Assembly (NCBI RefSeq): GCF_000315625.1
Contig: NW_005434640.1
Coordinates: 380,270-444,269, forward strand
Direction: 5' to 3'
DNA length: 64,000 nt
Origin: Guillardia theta CCMP2712
Lineage: Eukaryota; Protista; Cryptophyta
Part shown: positions 1 to 11,129 of the stretch, in pieces
Numbering within the stretch: the first letter of the stretch is position 1
Layout: each line of letters opens with the position of its first letter
Translations under genes and position numbers: made by a program
The notes under the pieces: generated by a model
Told to the model about the DNA's origin: nothing
The model's input: the letters and a program-made list of their open reading frames with translations, nothing else
The model's database searches: none

Positions 1-89
1 GGGAGAGGGAGAGGGAGAGGGAGAGGGAGAGGGAGAGGGAGAGGGAGAGGGAGAAGAGGAGGGAGAGAGGGAGGGAGGGAGCAACCTGG

Positions 90-1488
90 CACTCCAAACT
101 GGCCCCAGCCAAGACGGAATCGGGAGGTATGGTTTGAAACATCCTACAACATTGGACGTTCAGCGGCAACATGTACAGACAGACAGAAAGTCAGAAGACA
201 GACAGAGAGACAGCGGGAGAAGGAGAGAGGGGACGAGAGGGGATGAGATGGAGGGAGCGAGGGGAGGGCAAGGCAGGGAGGGAGCAGCCTCAGCCTGCAC
301 CTGTGCGCGTCATGGATCAGCTGCTCCAAGGGAAGATCGCTGGGCAGCGTTTGCATGACAGAATGAATCATAGAATAATCGCCTGACAAGATCCTCAGCC
401 AATCATCGCATCCTCCCCCATCCGATACCCTTGCTCGGTAGGAGCTGCTGTCTTTGCCAGCACAGCAAGGAGGCAGAGAAATATCTGATCAGGGACGTTA
501 GGGCAGCAGCTGGGGTGGAGATGGATACTCACAGAGACATGAGGGGATGGCTGGCCAAGAAGAAGTCGTACAGTCGCTCTATCTGCACGATCGTCATCAT
601 CATCATGACCATCATCATCAACATCCTCCTCGTCCTCGTCCTCCTTCCCTCCTCTTCCTCCTCCTCATCACTACCACCACCATGCGTGATAGTGATAGCT
701 CCCACCTTGTCCAAGGACTTGAGGTCATGTGCGAACCAGGTCAGGATCCAGCTGAGAGCGAAGATCGGGTCGACTTCGCACTCGCTGAGGCACTCGTAGA
801 GCTTGCGGTCCCGTCTGCACATCATCGTCAGAACAAGTCTGACTCGTCGTTGATCGAGCTTGCTCGCCTCTTAATGATATTCATGAGTAGATGAAGGGCT
901 TGCTGTACCGCAAACATGCTCTTGTTCATGGCCTCGCGGAAATGATACTTAGCCAGTCGCTCTGCCACAGGCAAGGCCGTGGAGTCGCTCCCCATCACCT
1001 GAACGACATGTCAGCTTACTCAAAGTCACCATCAGCATCCTCCGACTCGCCAGGATCGCCACCGAGCAAACGTCGTTGAACCCCTGGTAGTAGTGCAAGT
1101 CCGGGTTGGTTGCCAGGATGGTGTCGATGACTGTCGACAGCTCTGCCAGCCTGTGCTCCCTCGTCCTCTTCCTCATGTCCGTGTAGAGCATCGAGCGAAC
1201 TACGTCCAACTCGACTTGCTTCTTCTCACGATGATCCCTCTTCACCAAACTCGACGAAGTCCAGGAATCGTCCACCTCGACTCTCAGCAGGCGAGGCCAT
1301 ATCTTCCTCCTGAATGCAGGACTGAGGAAGCCATCTGTGACTGCTGCTTTCCGCAAGGACTCTTGCATCTCCTCATGGGGCAAATTCAGAATGTTCACCA
1401 ATTTCATGGCGTGCCTTGCCCTGTTCTTTCCCTTGACCTCTTTCCTCTTGCCCCCTACAGCTATCCATTGTACGATCTCACTTGCCAT
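90..1488 (-). CDS. TBC1D20: Rab-GTPase activating protein, TBC domain, TBC1D20/GYP8-like (multi-exon; 3' end uncertain, may run off the window)
   Basis: Spliced translation gives RRKIWPRLL...QVELDVVRS...LHYYQGFNDVCSVAIL|VMGSDSTALPVAERLAKYHFREAM...IFALSWILTWFAHD...RLYDFFLASHPLM. These match the TBC IxxDxxR and YxQ fingers and the TBC1D20-type W(I/L)LTWF.H and RLYDFFLA motifs. Confidence 0.88.
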
Positions 1489-1917
1489 GATCTTTGACGT
1501 CTCAGGCAGTGAGATGTGTGTTGGACAAGTAGATACTTGTAACGCGCTCCCTGAGCCTTGCCTGGTGAGTTCTCCGTTCGATCAAGTACAAAACAGCCTG
1601 AAATCAGTCTGGTTCGTTCCCCCCGCGGGCAAACCGCTCGTTCTTGGCGAGTGGATCGTTCTTTTCAGCCTTGCCATTCAATATCTCATCCCTGATCTCC
1701 TCTTCATCCTCCTCCCTCTCCTCCTCTCCTCCTCTCCTCCCTACCCTTCGCTTCTCCCGCCAACAACGGCATCTACTGTCAGCATTACGAGGCGGGCCGC
1801 TGAAAACAATACGGCGTCTTTTTTCTAAAAAAAACAAAAACAACAACTGTAAAAGCACTCCGGACACCCTCAAGCACAGGCATCACCGGATACACCAACT
1901 AGTCCAAAGGGCGAAAG

Positions 1918-3619
1918 ATGGCGGGAATGGAGCGGATCGAGCGAGAGGAGATGCTGAGGAAGCGGAGCGAGGAGGCCGACATGCGGCGAACAGAAGCACT
2001 GAGGATGGCTCAGAGCGTTGTGATGCAGCAGGAGGCGAAGCTTCTCTCCTCTCCTGCAGCCAACAGGAGCCATGGAAGTCGCAAGGTGGGTCGTGAAGCT
2101 ATGCATATCATGCAGCGATAGTTGAGCTGTGCTGGGGAGTCAGACGAGAGACGTAAAGTCTCAAATGCTCGTATGATGACCGTCTTAGCACTCCATCCAT
2201 GTCATCCTTTGCTGTGGCCTCTTTGTCCTGTGTTGTCCTCATTGTCATCGAAACACAGATCCGGTTGACGTTCACCTTTCCCCCAGGGACACGATTCTGC
2301 CGGCTCTTCTCCTGCCAAGTCTTCTACCCATTACTCCACACCGACGAAGAAGAAGCACTTGGAGGACGACGATTACGACGAGCAAGCGTACGAGGATGAG
2401 GACGAGGATCGGGACGAGGGCGCTGCGTTCGGAAACGAGGATTTTGAAGTTGAGGAGGACTACGATGCCGGAGGTGGGATGGCTGCTGCTGCCGAGAGCC
2501 AATGGAGGAGCCGAGCTCAGCAAGCGTCCAAGAGAGAAGGCGATGACGATGGCCATGTTGCGACCCCACAGATGGGATCAGAAGCAACGATCAGGTTTGT
2601 GTAACGTATGCGATCGGGAGTTGGGCTGAAGTAGTTGGATGTTAGGTACTTGAAGGCAAAGCTGAAAGTGATGGAGGAGGAGGTTTCAGAGGCCAATCAG
2701 TGTCTGCAAGAGCAACAAGATCGATTGACGTACCTGGAGAAGCGGAATCAAGAGCTGGAGGAATCTTCGACCAAGAGCTCCAAGCTCAACGAGAGTTTGA
2801 AGGTGGACATTGGTTCTCTGCTCCTGCCCCTCACGGCCTTGATAGGTGAAGTTGGAGAAGGTGAAGCAGGAGCTTCAGGACAAGACGAAGCTGGTGACGA
2901 TGTTGCCATGCACCTTGAGAACTCTTGACGACACGGCAGGCTGAGTCATTGGAGAGGCAGCTCTCCGCAAGCATCAAGGAGAAAGAGACGATCGAGAGGG
3001 CTCAGAAGCAGAACGATAGCTTAGCGGGAGCCAAGGACGTCCGTCTGAACAGAGCCCTCGAGGAGGTTGAGAGATACAAGAAACTCTTGGCCGAGACCAA
3101 GACCAGCAGCTCCGAAGTGACTGAACAAGTCCGGAAGCAGCTTGACGCGGTTGGCACAACTTTTCTCCCTTCACCCGCTTCTCACCATCCTTCCCTCCTT
3201 TCTCCCTCTCCTCGCGTCATCATCCCGTCAGGACTTCTGATGTCCCTTCAACCTTATCCTGCACTCCCTTCTCCCCTTCCTACAGGCACCCCCCCCCTCC
3301 CTCTCCCTCCCTCTCCCTCCCTCTCCCTCCCTCTCCCTCCCTCTCCCTCCCTCTCCCTCCCTCCCCGCAGCAAGGATGATCCTTTCACAGGCCGTGGTTG
3401 AGAAGAAGAAGCTGGCAAAGCAGAAGGCGGAGCTCATCTCCGGGTTCAAGAGCCAGATGAAGCTCATCGACGTGCTGAAGCGACAGGTAGAGGAGAAGGA
3501 GGCAGCGTGGACGGGGGGGCTGAGCTTCCTTCCAGGTCATCCACCTCCAGGCTGCCAAGACGCTAGCAATCACCGAGCAGGAGTTCACCAAGGCGTTGGA
3601 GCTGGGAGACTCGATCTAG
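1918..3619 (+). CDS. TEX9: Testis-expressed protein 9 homolog (coiled-coil centriolar/ciliary protein), multi-exon
   Basis: Exons give MGSEATIR|YLKAKLKVMEEE, DVRLNRALEEVERYK and KKLAKQKAELISGFKSQMKLIDVLKRQ|VIHLQAAKTLAITEQEFTKALELG*, the conserved TEX9 C-terminal signature. Stop TAG at 3617-3619; start approximate. Confidence 0.82.
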
Positions 3620-3708
3620 AGCAGGGAGGGAAGTTTGTTAAGAACGCATCATGTGGCATGTACAGGATGTCTGCGACTAAGAGCCTTGTCGAGCACAAGT
3701 TCAACTTG

Positions 3709-4969
3709 TCACTTGTGCTCCTTGACAGCCGCCCGCACGACCGTGATGGAGGCGCCGGGCTGCCACAAGAATATCTTTTCCTTGTTCAGCGGGTCCTCCC
3801 GCATGCTGCACCAGGACGGCGCCACCCGCGCGATGAACTCCAGCTGCTCTTCCACCTGGCCCTGGCATGTCACATGGAGTGTGGGAAGCACGTGGGGAGT
3901 GGGGATGAAGGGGACGTGTGGAGAGGGGGAGCGAGGGAGCGAGGGAGCGAGGTAGGGAGCAAGGGAGCAGGGGAGGGAGGCTGACCTCGAATCTCGTCAT
4001 TGAGGAGTCCCTGTGCTGCCCCAGCATCTTCACCGCCAGCTCTCGCAGCGGCATCGCGTTCCTGCACGCCCCCCTCAGCCGGAAGTGCGCATGCACCATC
4101 TCTGCTAGGAGCAGCGCATTGGCCGTGTTGACTCGACCCGTCGGCGCCTTGTCGCTGCGGGCTGGGGCCTCTTGCGAGGCCTCGTCGCGTCTCTTGTGGG
4201 GACTTGCCTCGTCCTTCTTGGCCTCCTGCGCCTTCTTCAGCTCCTTGAGGCGAATCTTCTCGATCAGCGCAGGAGAAAGTCCAGAAAGAGACTTGGGGAC
4301 GGGCTTAGCGAGAACCTCCTTCTTCGCCTCCTCCTCCATCGCCTCCTTTGCCTCCTCCCCTGTCCCCCCATGACTCTCCTTCCCCTCGCGCTGGTTCAAG
4401 ACAGCGAGCAGAGCTTGTCGGACTGCCCCCGAGGACTTCGAGAGCGTCTCCTTGAGCGCCTCGTTCTTGCCCTCCTCCAACTTGATCTCCTCGACCTCGT
4501 TGGGCTTGAGAGGAAGAGGGGCGGGAGGGATGTCTTGAATCTTCTCCACTGAGAAGTCCTTGTGCCAGACGAGATCGTCCTCGTCTTCGTGCTCCTCCCA
4601 CTCCCTCGCCATCTCCTCCTTCACTTTCTGAAGCCCCTTTCCCTCTAGGAACAGGTCGTGCTGCTCCTTCACCCTCACCAGCATCTTCTTCCGGAGCTGC
4701 CGCTTCCTCTCGAGCAGAAGGCTGCAGCAGGGTGAGATGCGTCAGGGTAGAGCTGAGGAAAGAGAACCTGGGTGAAGGACGAGAGGAGCCAGGTCCTTCG
4801 CTTGGGAAGTCGACGGTCAACTGAAACCTTCCGTCCTTGGCGATCCAACCCAGCCGGTAGGCAGCTGGGAATGCGGAGACGATCTTGGGGGAAGTCAGTT
4901 ACAGCAAGGAGAAGGAGACAGGAGCAGCAGCAGCAGCAGCAGAAGGAGCAGCAGCAGAAGCAGCCAGAA

Positions 4970-5027
<58 letters not shown>

Positions 5028-6474
5028 GAGCAGCAGCAGCAGCAGGCGGCGGCGGAGGAGGAGGAGCAGGAGAGTTCGAGCATCAATCACCTGCTGGAGG
5101 CTTCGTAGGGGAAAGTCTCGTTTTGAGATGTCCTGGACGTTCCGCTGAAGCTGGGTGAAGGTACAGACCTCCGTCTGTGGGGCAAAGTAAGAGCGAAGGA
5201 GGGGGGTGGGGGTTGGGGGGAACGAGAGCTACTGACCGGACGCCTCGACTTGGCGAACGAGAGGGAAGTGTCGAGACAGTCGAAGTGCTGGATGAGGCGA
5301 TTGAACGACTGCCGTTGAAAAGTTGACATGTCAGTCCCCCGTGACCTCCCAGCTGGTCATGGCTGACCTGCGGCAGCTGGATCTCCCGCTCCTGCTCGAC
5401 CACGGCTGGGACTAGGGCCAACAGATCTTCAGCTGGAAGGATTTGCCTGCCGAGAGGGAAAGTCAAGATGTGGCGAACGGCCTTAGAGAGCCGGTCACCT
5501 GCGATGAATCATCTGAGAGGAGCGATCAGGAACGCGCGCCATGGACTTAGAGATAGTCCGAGCCTTTCTTCTGAAGTCCGCAAGTCAGGAAGGGAGGCAT
5601 GTGGGTAAGTAGGATCAACGGGGTTGAAACCCAGAGAACGAGGATGCGGACTGCGACGAGGAGAGTGGGGAAGAGGACGAGGAGGACGAGGAGGTCGAGG
5701 AGGACGAGGAGGACGAGGAGGACGAGGAGGACGAGGAGGACGAGGAGGACGAGGAGGACGAGGAGGACGAGGAGGACGAGGAGGAGGATGGGGAGGAGGA
5801 CGTCGAGGACGGGGAGGCAACCTCTGAATGGCCATCAGCTCTCTTGTGTTGGCCCTGGCTCTCTCGGCGATCGTCATTTTCCTTTCACTCTGCAAGAACT
5901 CCCGAGCTTCCTCCATCACAGATTCCTCTGCTCCCCCTTGGTCATGCACCATCATCCCCGTTTCCTTCCATCTCACCTGGACGCGTCTCCTCTACCATCT
6001 CCAGCTTCTCCTTACGAATGTGCAAGGCATGATCCACAATGGCAAGTCCCCTGTTCTTGGGGGACGCCTTCATGGTGGCTTCTACCTTAGGCAGCTCAAC
6101 CTCAGCTGGAGAGGCTTCAGTCGGAGTGCCTGGTGGATCTTTTGCCAGCTCGCATTGATGAGGGTCCAAGCTCGGAGGGATCGCCTCTTGCTGACCAGGC
6201 GGCAACTTTTGTACATCTTCATGGCTGGTGCTCGTTGTTTGCTCCTCTAACGATACGAGGGATGGAACAGGTTGTTCCTCCGTCTGTTCCTTGCTAGTCT
6301 CCCAGGTCTTCTCCGACTTCTTCTTCTGTGCCGCAAACTTCTTGAGGGGCCTGTCGTTGCCTCGCACCTACCCTGAAGTCAGGACATCTGATGTGCCCGG
6401 ACAAGCATCACCTGCCGCCAGTCTTCTATGAGCAACCTTTGGTTCTGCTCGTGAATTCTCCCTCGTTTCGTCAT
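3709..6474 (-). CDS. CDT1: DNA replication licensing factor CDT1 (multi-exon, long N-terminal extension)
   Basis: Geminin-binding winged helix: RLIQHFDCLDTSLSF...TFTQLQRNVQDISKRDF. Also WHKDFSVEKIQDIPPAPLP, LSGLSPALIEKIRLKE and a C-terminal winged helix VEEQLEFIARVAPSWC. The start at ATG 6474 is inferred. Confidence 0.8.
4921..5070. repeat. (AGC)n trinucleotide microsatellite, intronic in CDT1
   Basis: Direct reading: a long gcagca run with a few interruptions. Confidence 0.9.
5672..5790. repeat. (GAGGACGAG)n 9-mer tandem repeat, probably intronic in CDT1
   Basis: About 12 near-perfect copies of gaggacgag. Confidence 0.9.
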
Positions 6475-7390
6475 GGTCTGTACAGCAATGGTCGCTCGAC
6501 TGTACAAAGCAAGAACTGCCACGACAGGTAAGTGAAATTTTTGTCCAAAGACCTTGGAGAAGCCTCTTGTCGCAATGTTGGTGCAAAAAAGATACTACTA
6601 GAGATGGAAGAACATTGGATTCACATACAACATCTAATTATCAGGATGGGTGATCTTGTATTGGATGAAGAAATGGCATTCAAACATTGAACACATGCTG
6701 GGACGGAAATGCATCGTACAGTGGAATAAGTTACAGGAGGGCGGAGGGAGGAAAAAGTAGCAGAGGCACTCAGTCAGTCAGTCCGTCAGGCAGGCAGGCT
6801 AGCTGGCAATCAGACAGGTAGTCGGAATGGATAAACTGATGGATGGGAAGAGGAAACGGAGCAGCGGGGAAGAGAGAAGGGAGAGGATACATAAAAGATT
6901 CACCACGAATGGAGCTGCGAAAGGTGGACAGAGAGTGGAGGGATACGAAGGAAGTGATGGAGATAAAAGAGAGAAGGGATGCAACAAGTGCAGTGGAGCA
7001 GGGAAGGAGCAGGAGGATGCGAGGGAGGGAGGGAGGGCCAAGGAGACGGGGAGGAGGCGATAGGGGGGAAAGGGATCTCGTTTTGCCTTCCCAAAGAGGA
7101 AACCCTTAGAGACGTAACCGTCATAACGAATAATCAAAGTTTGTAAGTTTGAAGATTGGGGGCTGAAAAATATTTCTAGGACGGTCAGAAGTTTGCTACA
7201 CCCCCACCCCCTTTATGAGCTATTCAGTTTTAAAAAGTACCCCTTGTCCAAAGATTTTTCCCAGGAGGTGAAAGTTTGGCAAGTCTCAAAGTTTTGGTAC
7301 TGTTGGAACATGCAGCCGCCGCTACGGCCTGCGACGAGGACGAGGACGAGGAGCACAAGCGCGACCATGGCGACGATGACGACGAAGAGG

Positions 7391-8129
7391 ATGAAGATCG
7401 TGACGACGACGATGTTGTTGTCTTCATTGATATCACTCCCATGTGTGCAGTGCTTCCATGTTTCTCATCCCCCCCTCCTCCACCGCCAAGAAAGTAGCAT
7501 GCTCGTTCTCTGTCGCCCACATATGAAGCTTGCCAGCCCTCGGACCTGCAGCACAAGGATGAGCCATGTGCGTGTAGAGGGGATGCCAGAGGAATCTCAG
7601 CGCTCGAAGAGGGAGCGTGTGGTCAGGTCCCTGGGATCCGTGGTTGTAGCAGCGTCTGTGGGCGTTGCGGGTTTAAGGTCTACGAGTTGGGAGCTCCCGT
7701 TTCAACAGACCTCGTCTGAGAGCAGCGTTGTAAGATCGTACAACCAGAAGCTCGCCTTCGTGGAAGAGGATGATGTCGGCGCTCGCGATGTTCGCACTAT
7801 TCAGCCATCGGACAACAAGGAGCCAGAAATCAAGGTACGGTGATTGGATCCGACGGCGATCCAACGGCTGACAGTTCTTGCAGCTCACCTTCACAGAGAA
7901 ATGTTTCGCTCTGGCGTTCCTGGGCGTTGCCGTCGGGCTCCCTTGCTTGCTGTGCTGGGTCTGTCCGCTGTTTCTAGGCCGACCCCTTGCTGACTTGAAC
8001 GCTCCAGGTTCGGTCGAGCCCGGAGAAGTGGGAAGGAGAGTGAGGGAGGAGAGAGAGACTGCGCGCTTGCAAAGACTGATATTCATTTATTGGAACATGC
8101 TGGATCAGACCTACCTCGAGCACAGATAG
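7391..8129 (+). CDS. Hypothetical plastid-targeted membrane protein (2 exons; intron 7835-7883)
   Basis: Signal peptide MKIVTTTMLLSSLISLPCVQC-F with Phe at +1, then a Ser/Arg-rich transit-like stretch. A GT..CTGAC..CAG intron joins in frame to an exon with a hydrophobic helix (FALAFLGVAVGLPCLLCWVCPLFL). Confidence 0.6.
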
Positions 8130-8201
8130 CGTTGTTATACACAAGGAGAGAGAGAGAGAGAGGAAGAGGAAGGTCCTCGAAATTTACACTTGGTGTCCGA
8201 G

Positions 8202-10602
8202 TCAGTCTGAATCTTGCTGAGCTATCTCCATCATCGCTCTAAGGTTGAAGGCAGCACTACGACCGCCTGCAGCAGTCGAAGAATCTTCAGAGTCCGAGCT
8301 GGCAGACGATAGAATCGGGCTCTCTCGAACTCTCTCGTCCCCATCATGTTCTTCGTCCTCGTCCTGCTCCTCCTGCTCCTGCTCGACAGCCGAGTAGACA
8401 TTCGCACTCTCAGACGGCACGTTGAATCCTAGCGCATTGAGAGCAGCCGTACCCAGGGAAGCCATCTCAATTCCGATCTGCTTCGTCCGCGATCTGCCCG
8501 CGCTGGTCCTCTCCCCCTCCTCGATCACAAACCCCGGATCATACTGGTCCCACCTCTCCGCGCTCTGAACCCGGGCTGCCATCTGCGCGCCCTCCCGATC
8601 CAGCTGGACTTGATCAGCGAAGGATACGCGCTTCTCTTCCCCCGGCACCCGCAGACCCTGGGGCTCCGAGTGGTCAGGAGTCACCTTTGCATGCTTCTTG
8701 AGCAGTGGCCGTTGACTTCCCTGAGGATGCAAAGACGGTGCTCGTCCTTTCTGCCCCTGCTCCTTGCTCTTTCTCGCCTGGCGCGACTGCTTGCCCTTGA
8801 ACTTTCCCAGCACGTCAAGTTCCTTGGATCTCTTGCTATGCTTCTTGTCATCGGAAGAATAACCGGAGCAAGAAGAGTCTGAGTCGTCATCGTCGTTCGG
8901 ATCGTCGTCGTCGTCATCATGATCATCATCGGCATCGTCGTCATCGCTCGTGTAATCTCTCCGCTTCTTCCTCGCTGCCAGCAGAACTTTCATCAATTGC
9001 GCGTCGGATTCCGAGCTCCACTTGAGGAAGTAGTGGACTACAACTCCTGCTGCTGCCACCATGATCGTTATGATCAACTTGAGAGGCCAGCAGAGTCCCT
9101 CGACACAGTCTCCGAAGCAATTGCTGAGCCCTCCTTGACACTCCCTGCACAGCTCGCCCGTGAAGCCGGCGGCACAGTAGGAGTTTTCTCCTCCCAGGCA
9201 CGACTTTGGGTACGGGCACTGCTCCACCTGAAGCGGAATCCTGCACAATTCGAAGTAAGTTGGAGGTGCGAGGAGGGAGAGCAGCGAACTTGGAAGTGAT
9301 GAAAAATCCCTGGAGAGCGATGATCTGGCTTCCACCAGGGCAGCGAGTTCCGAACGGGCACTTCTGACAAGGAACTTCCGGCTGCAATTTGCATCAAACT
9401 GACTGAATGGTGGAATCGAAGACAGGGGAGGGATAGGAAGGGGGGGGGGGGATGGCGAGGAAGCAAAAGACAGGAAGTGCGGAGAGGAAGAAAGACACGG
9501 AGATGGAGTTGAGAGAGAGGAAGAGGATTTCGATCAGTCCGCATGCATGCCCTACCGTCGGAGAGAAAGTCCCTGGCAAACATTGAACGCAACGAGGTCC
9601 GGGACCCACTACCTCCCCAGAGTGGCACTGCCTGACGTGCACGACTATGGGATCGCTCTGCAGCTCCTGCTCCGAGTACACAGCAGCCATGCTGACGACC
9701 GATCCTGGCTGTGCGAACAGCTGCAAGCCACGCCAGAGCGCCTCTCCTCTGTCCACGAGCGTTTCTACCTGACCCCTCAGCTCCGGCCTCGTTGGGTCCT
9801 CGGGTTCAAAATGGACGATCTGCATGCGTAGGACATACCCACTGGCACTTACGATCTCTTGCCCGTAGAAGTCAAACATCTTCGCCTTGAGAGGAGGGAT
9901 GAATTCATCCCCTGAGTGGTACACGTAGTTCACTCGCTCGTTGCCGACTGCTAACCGTTCTACCGCACTTGCCACGTCCTTGCCATATGGTGCATCGTTG
10001 TCGATGAAGGTGCAGTTGTCCAGGACAGGCCCTCTCTGCTTCCAGTAGATTGCTCCTCCTCCACTCGTCGCCTTGTTCCTCTTGAACACAACTCTGCTGA
10101 GATGGGGAGACGCATTTTCACAGAAAATAGCACCGCCAAACTCCGCGATGCAGCGAGAGAAGGCGAGGCTACGCAGCGAGATAGCAAATCCTCCGCTTTG
10201 TATGAATGATATTCCTCTGGTCGATCCTTCGCAGTCGATCTCAACTGAGTTGTCCCCCACGCTTGATATCGCTACTTGCACCTTCGGAGCTACAAGGTTT
10301 ACGTTTCCATTCCCCTTGCATACCCCCCCCTTTAAGTACACATGGTCGCCGCTCTGTACTCGATCCAGGACATGCTGGATCGTCCCACATGGAGCTTCCT
10401 GCCATCCGCATGCTTCGTGATCGGATCCTCCTGAGCAATCGACAAACCAACCGCGATCGCCGGCCGAGGGATCGACGGCAAGCGCTGTGCGGCAGTAAAG
10501 CTCAGAAGAGAGGAGGGAGACGAGGAGGAGGAGGAAGGGGAGAGGGATGGAGAAGAGACGAACCACTGTCCCTCTCTGCTCGCTGCATCGTCGCCTTCGC
10601 AT
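8202..10602 (-). CDS. Single-pass cell-surface protein: signal, beta-helix/polymorphic-membrane-protein (GGAI) repeats, Cys-rich ephrin-receptor-like repeats, TM, acidic tail (multi-exon)
   Basis: Hydrophobic N-terminus; CGWQEAPCGTIQHVL (DUF1565-like start); FGGAIF, GGGAIY and FxxN repeats; CVQCLPGTFS, CQKCPFGTRCPGG and CAAGFTGELCREC; TM LIITIMVAAAGVVVHYFL. Confidence 0.7.
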
Positions 10603-11129
10603 CTTCCATCGCCCTCCTCCCTATCCGCCATTACCCATGCCGTCCATTACAACATCATCCCCCTCCTACCCCTGCTACCCTTCTGATAACCCGAAGTCTG
10701 ACCCCTACCCTGCGGAATTGACCCCTACCCCCAAACCGAATCGATGTAGATGACTACACATCGATACACCCAGCAAATTCCTGCTTAAAGTACCCCTAAT
10801 AATCATGATCATATCACCCCCACCACCAAAGACACACAGAGTACCCCTCGAAATTGATCGGATAAGGATGGGTTTAGAGGCAGAGAACATGAACATGTGA
10901 ACATGAACATAAGAACATGTACATGAATATGATGGTGAACACAAGTAACGACTTGCGATCAAGTTTAGTTTGTTGTGCTGTTGTTGGAAACACTGCAAGG
11001 TAGGCCGGGATGTTCGTTCAAACTTAAGAGAACGAGTGAAAACCAGTCGAAAGTCGACAGCTCCAACGATCTTGCTAAGAAGAGCTCTGCCAGAGATCGC
11101 TGCGTGTGCGGAGAGCCGAGTCGTCAGAC

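Noticed and set aside
4885-5148. Poly-Gln/Ala/Ser/Cys/Leu ORFs
   Set aside because: These are translations of an intronic (AGC)n microsatellite in CDT1.
5509-6090. RGG-box / PRP-repeat protein ORFs
   Set aside because: They arise from a 9-bp tandem repeat that most likely lies in a CDT1 intron.
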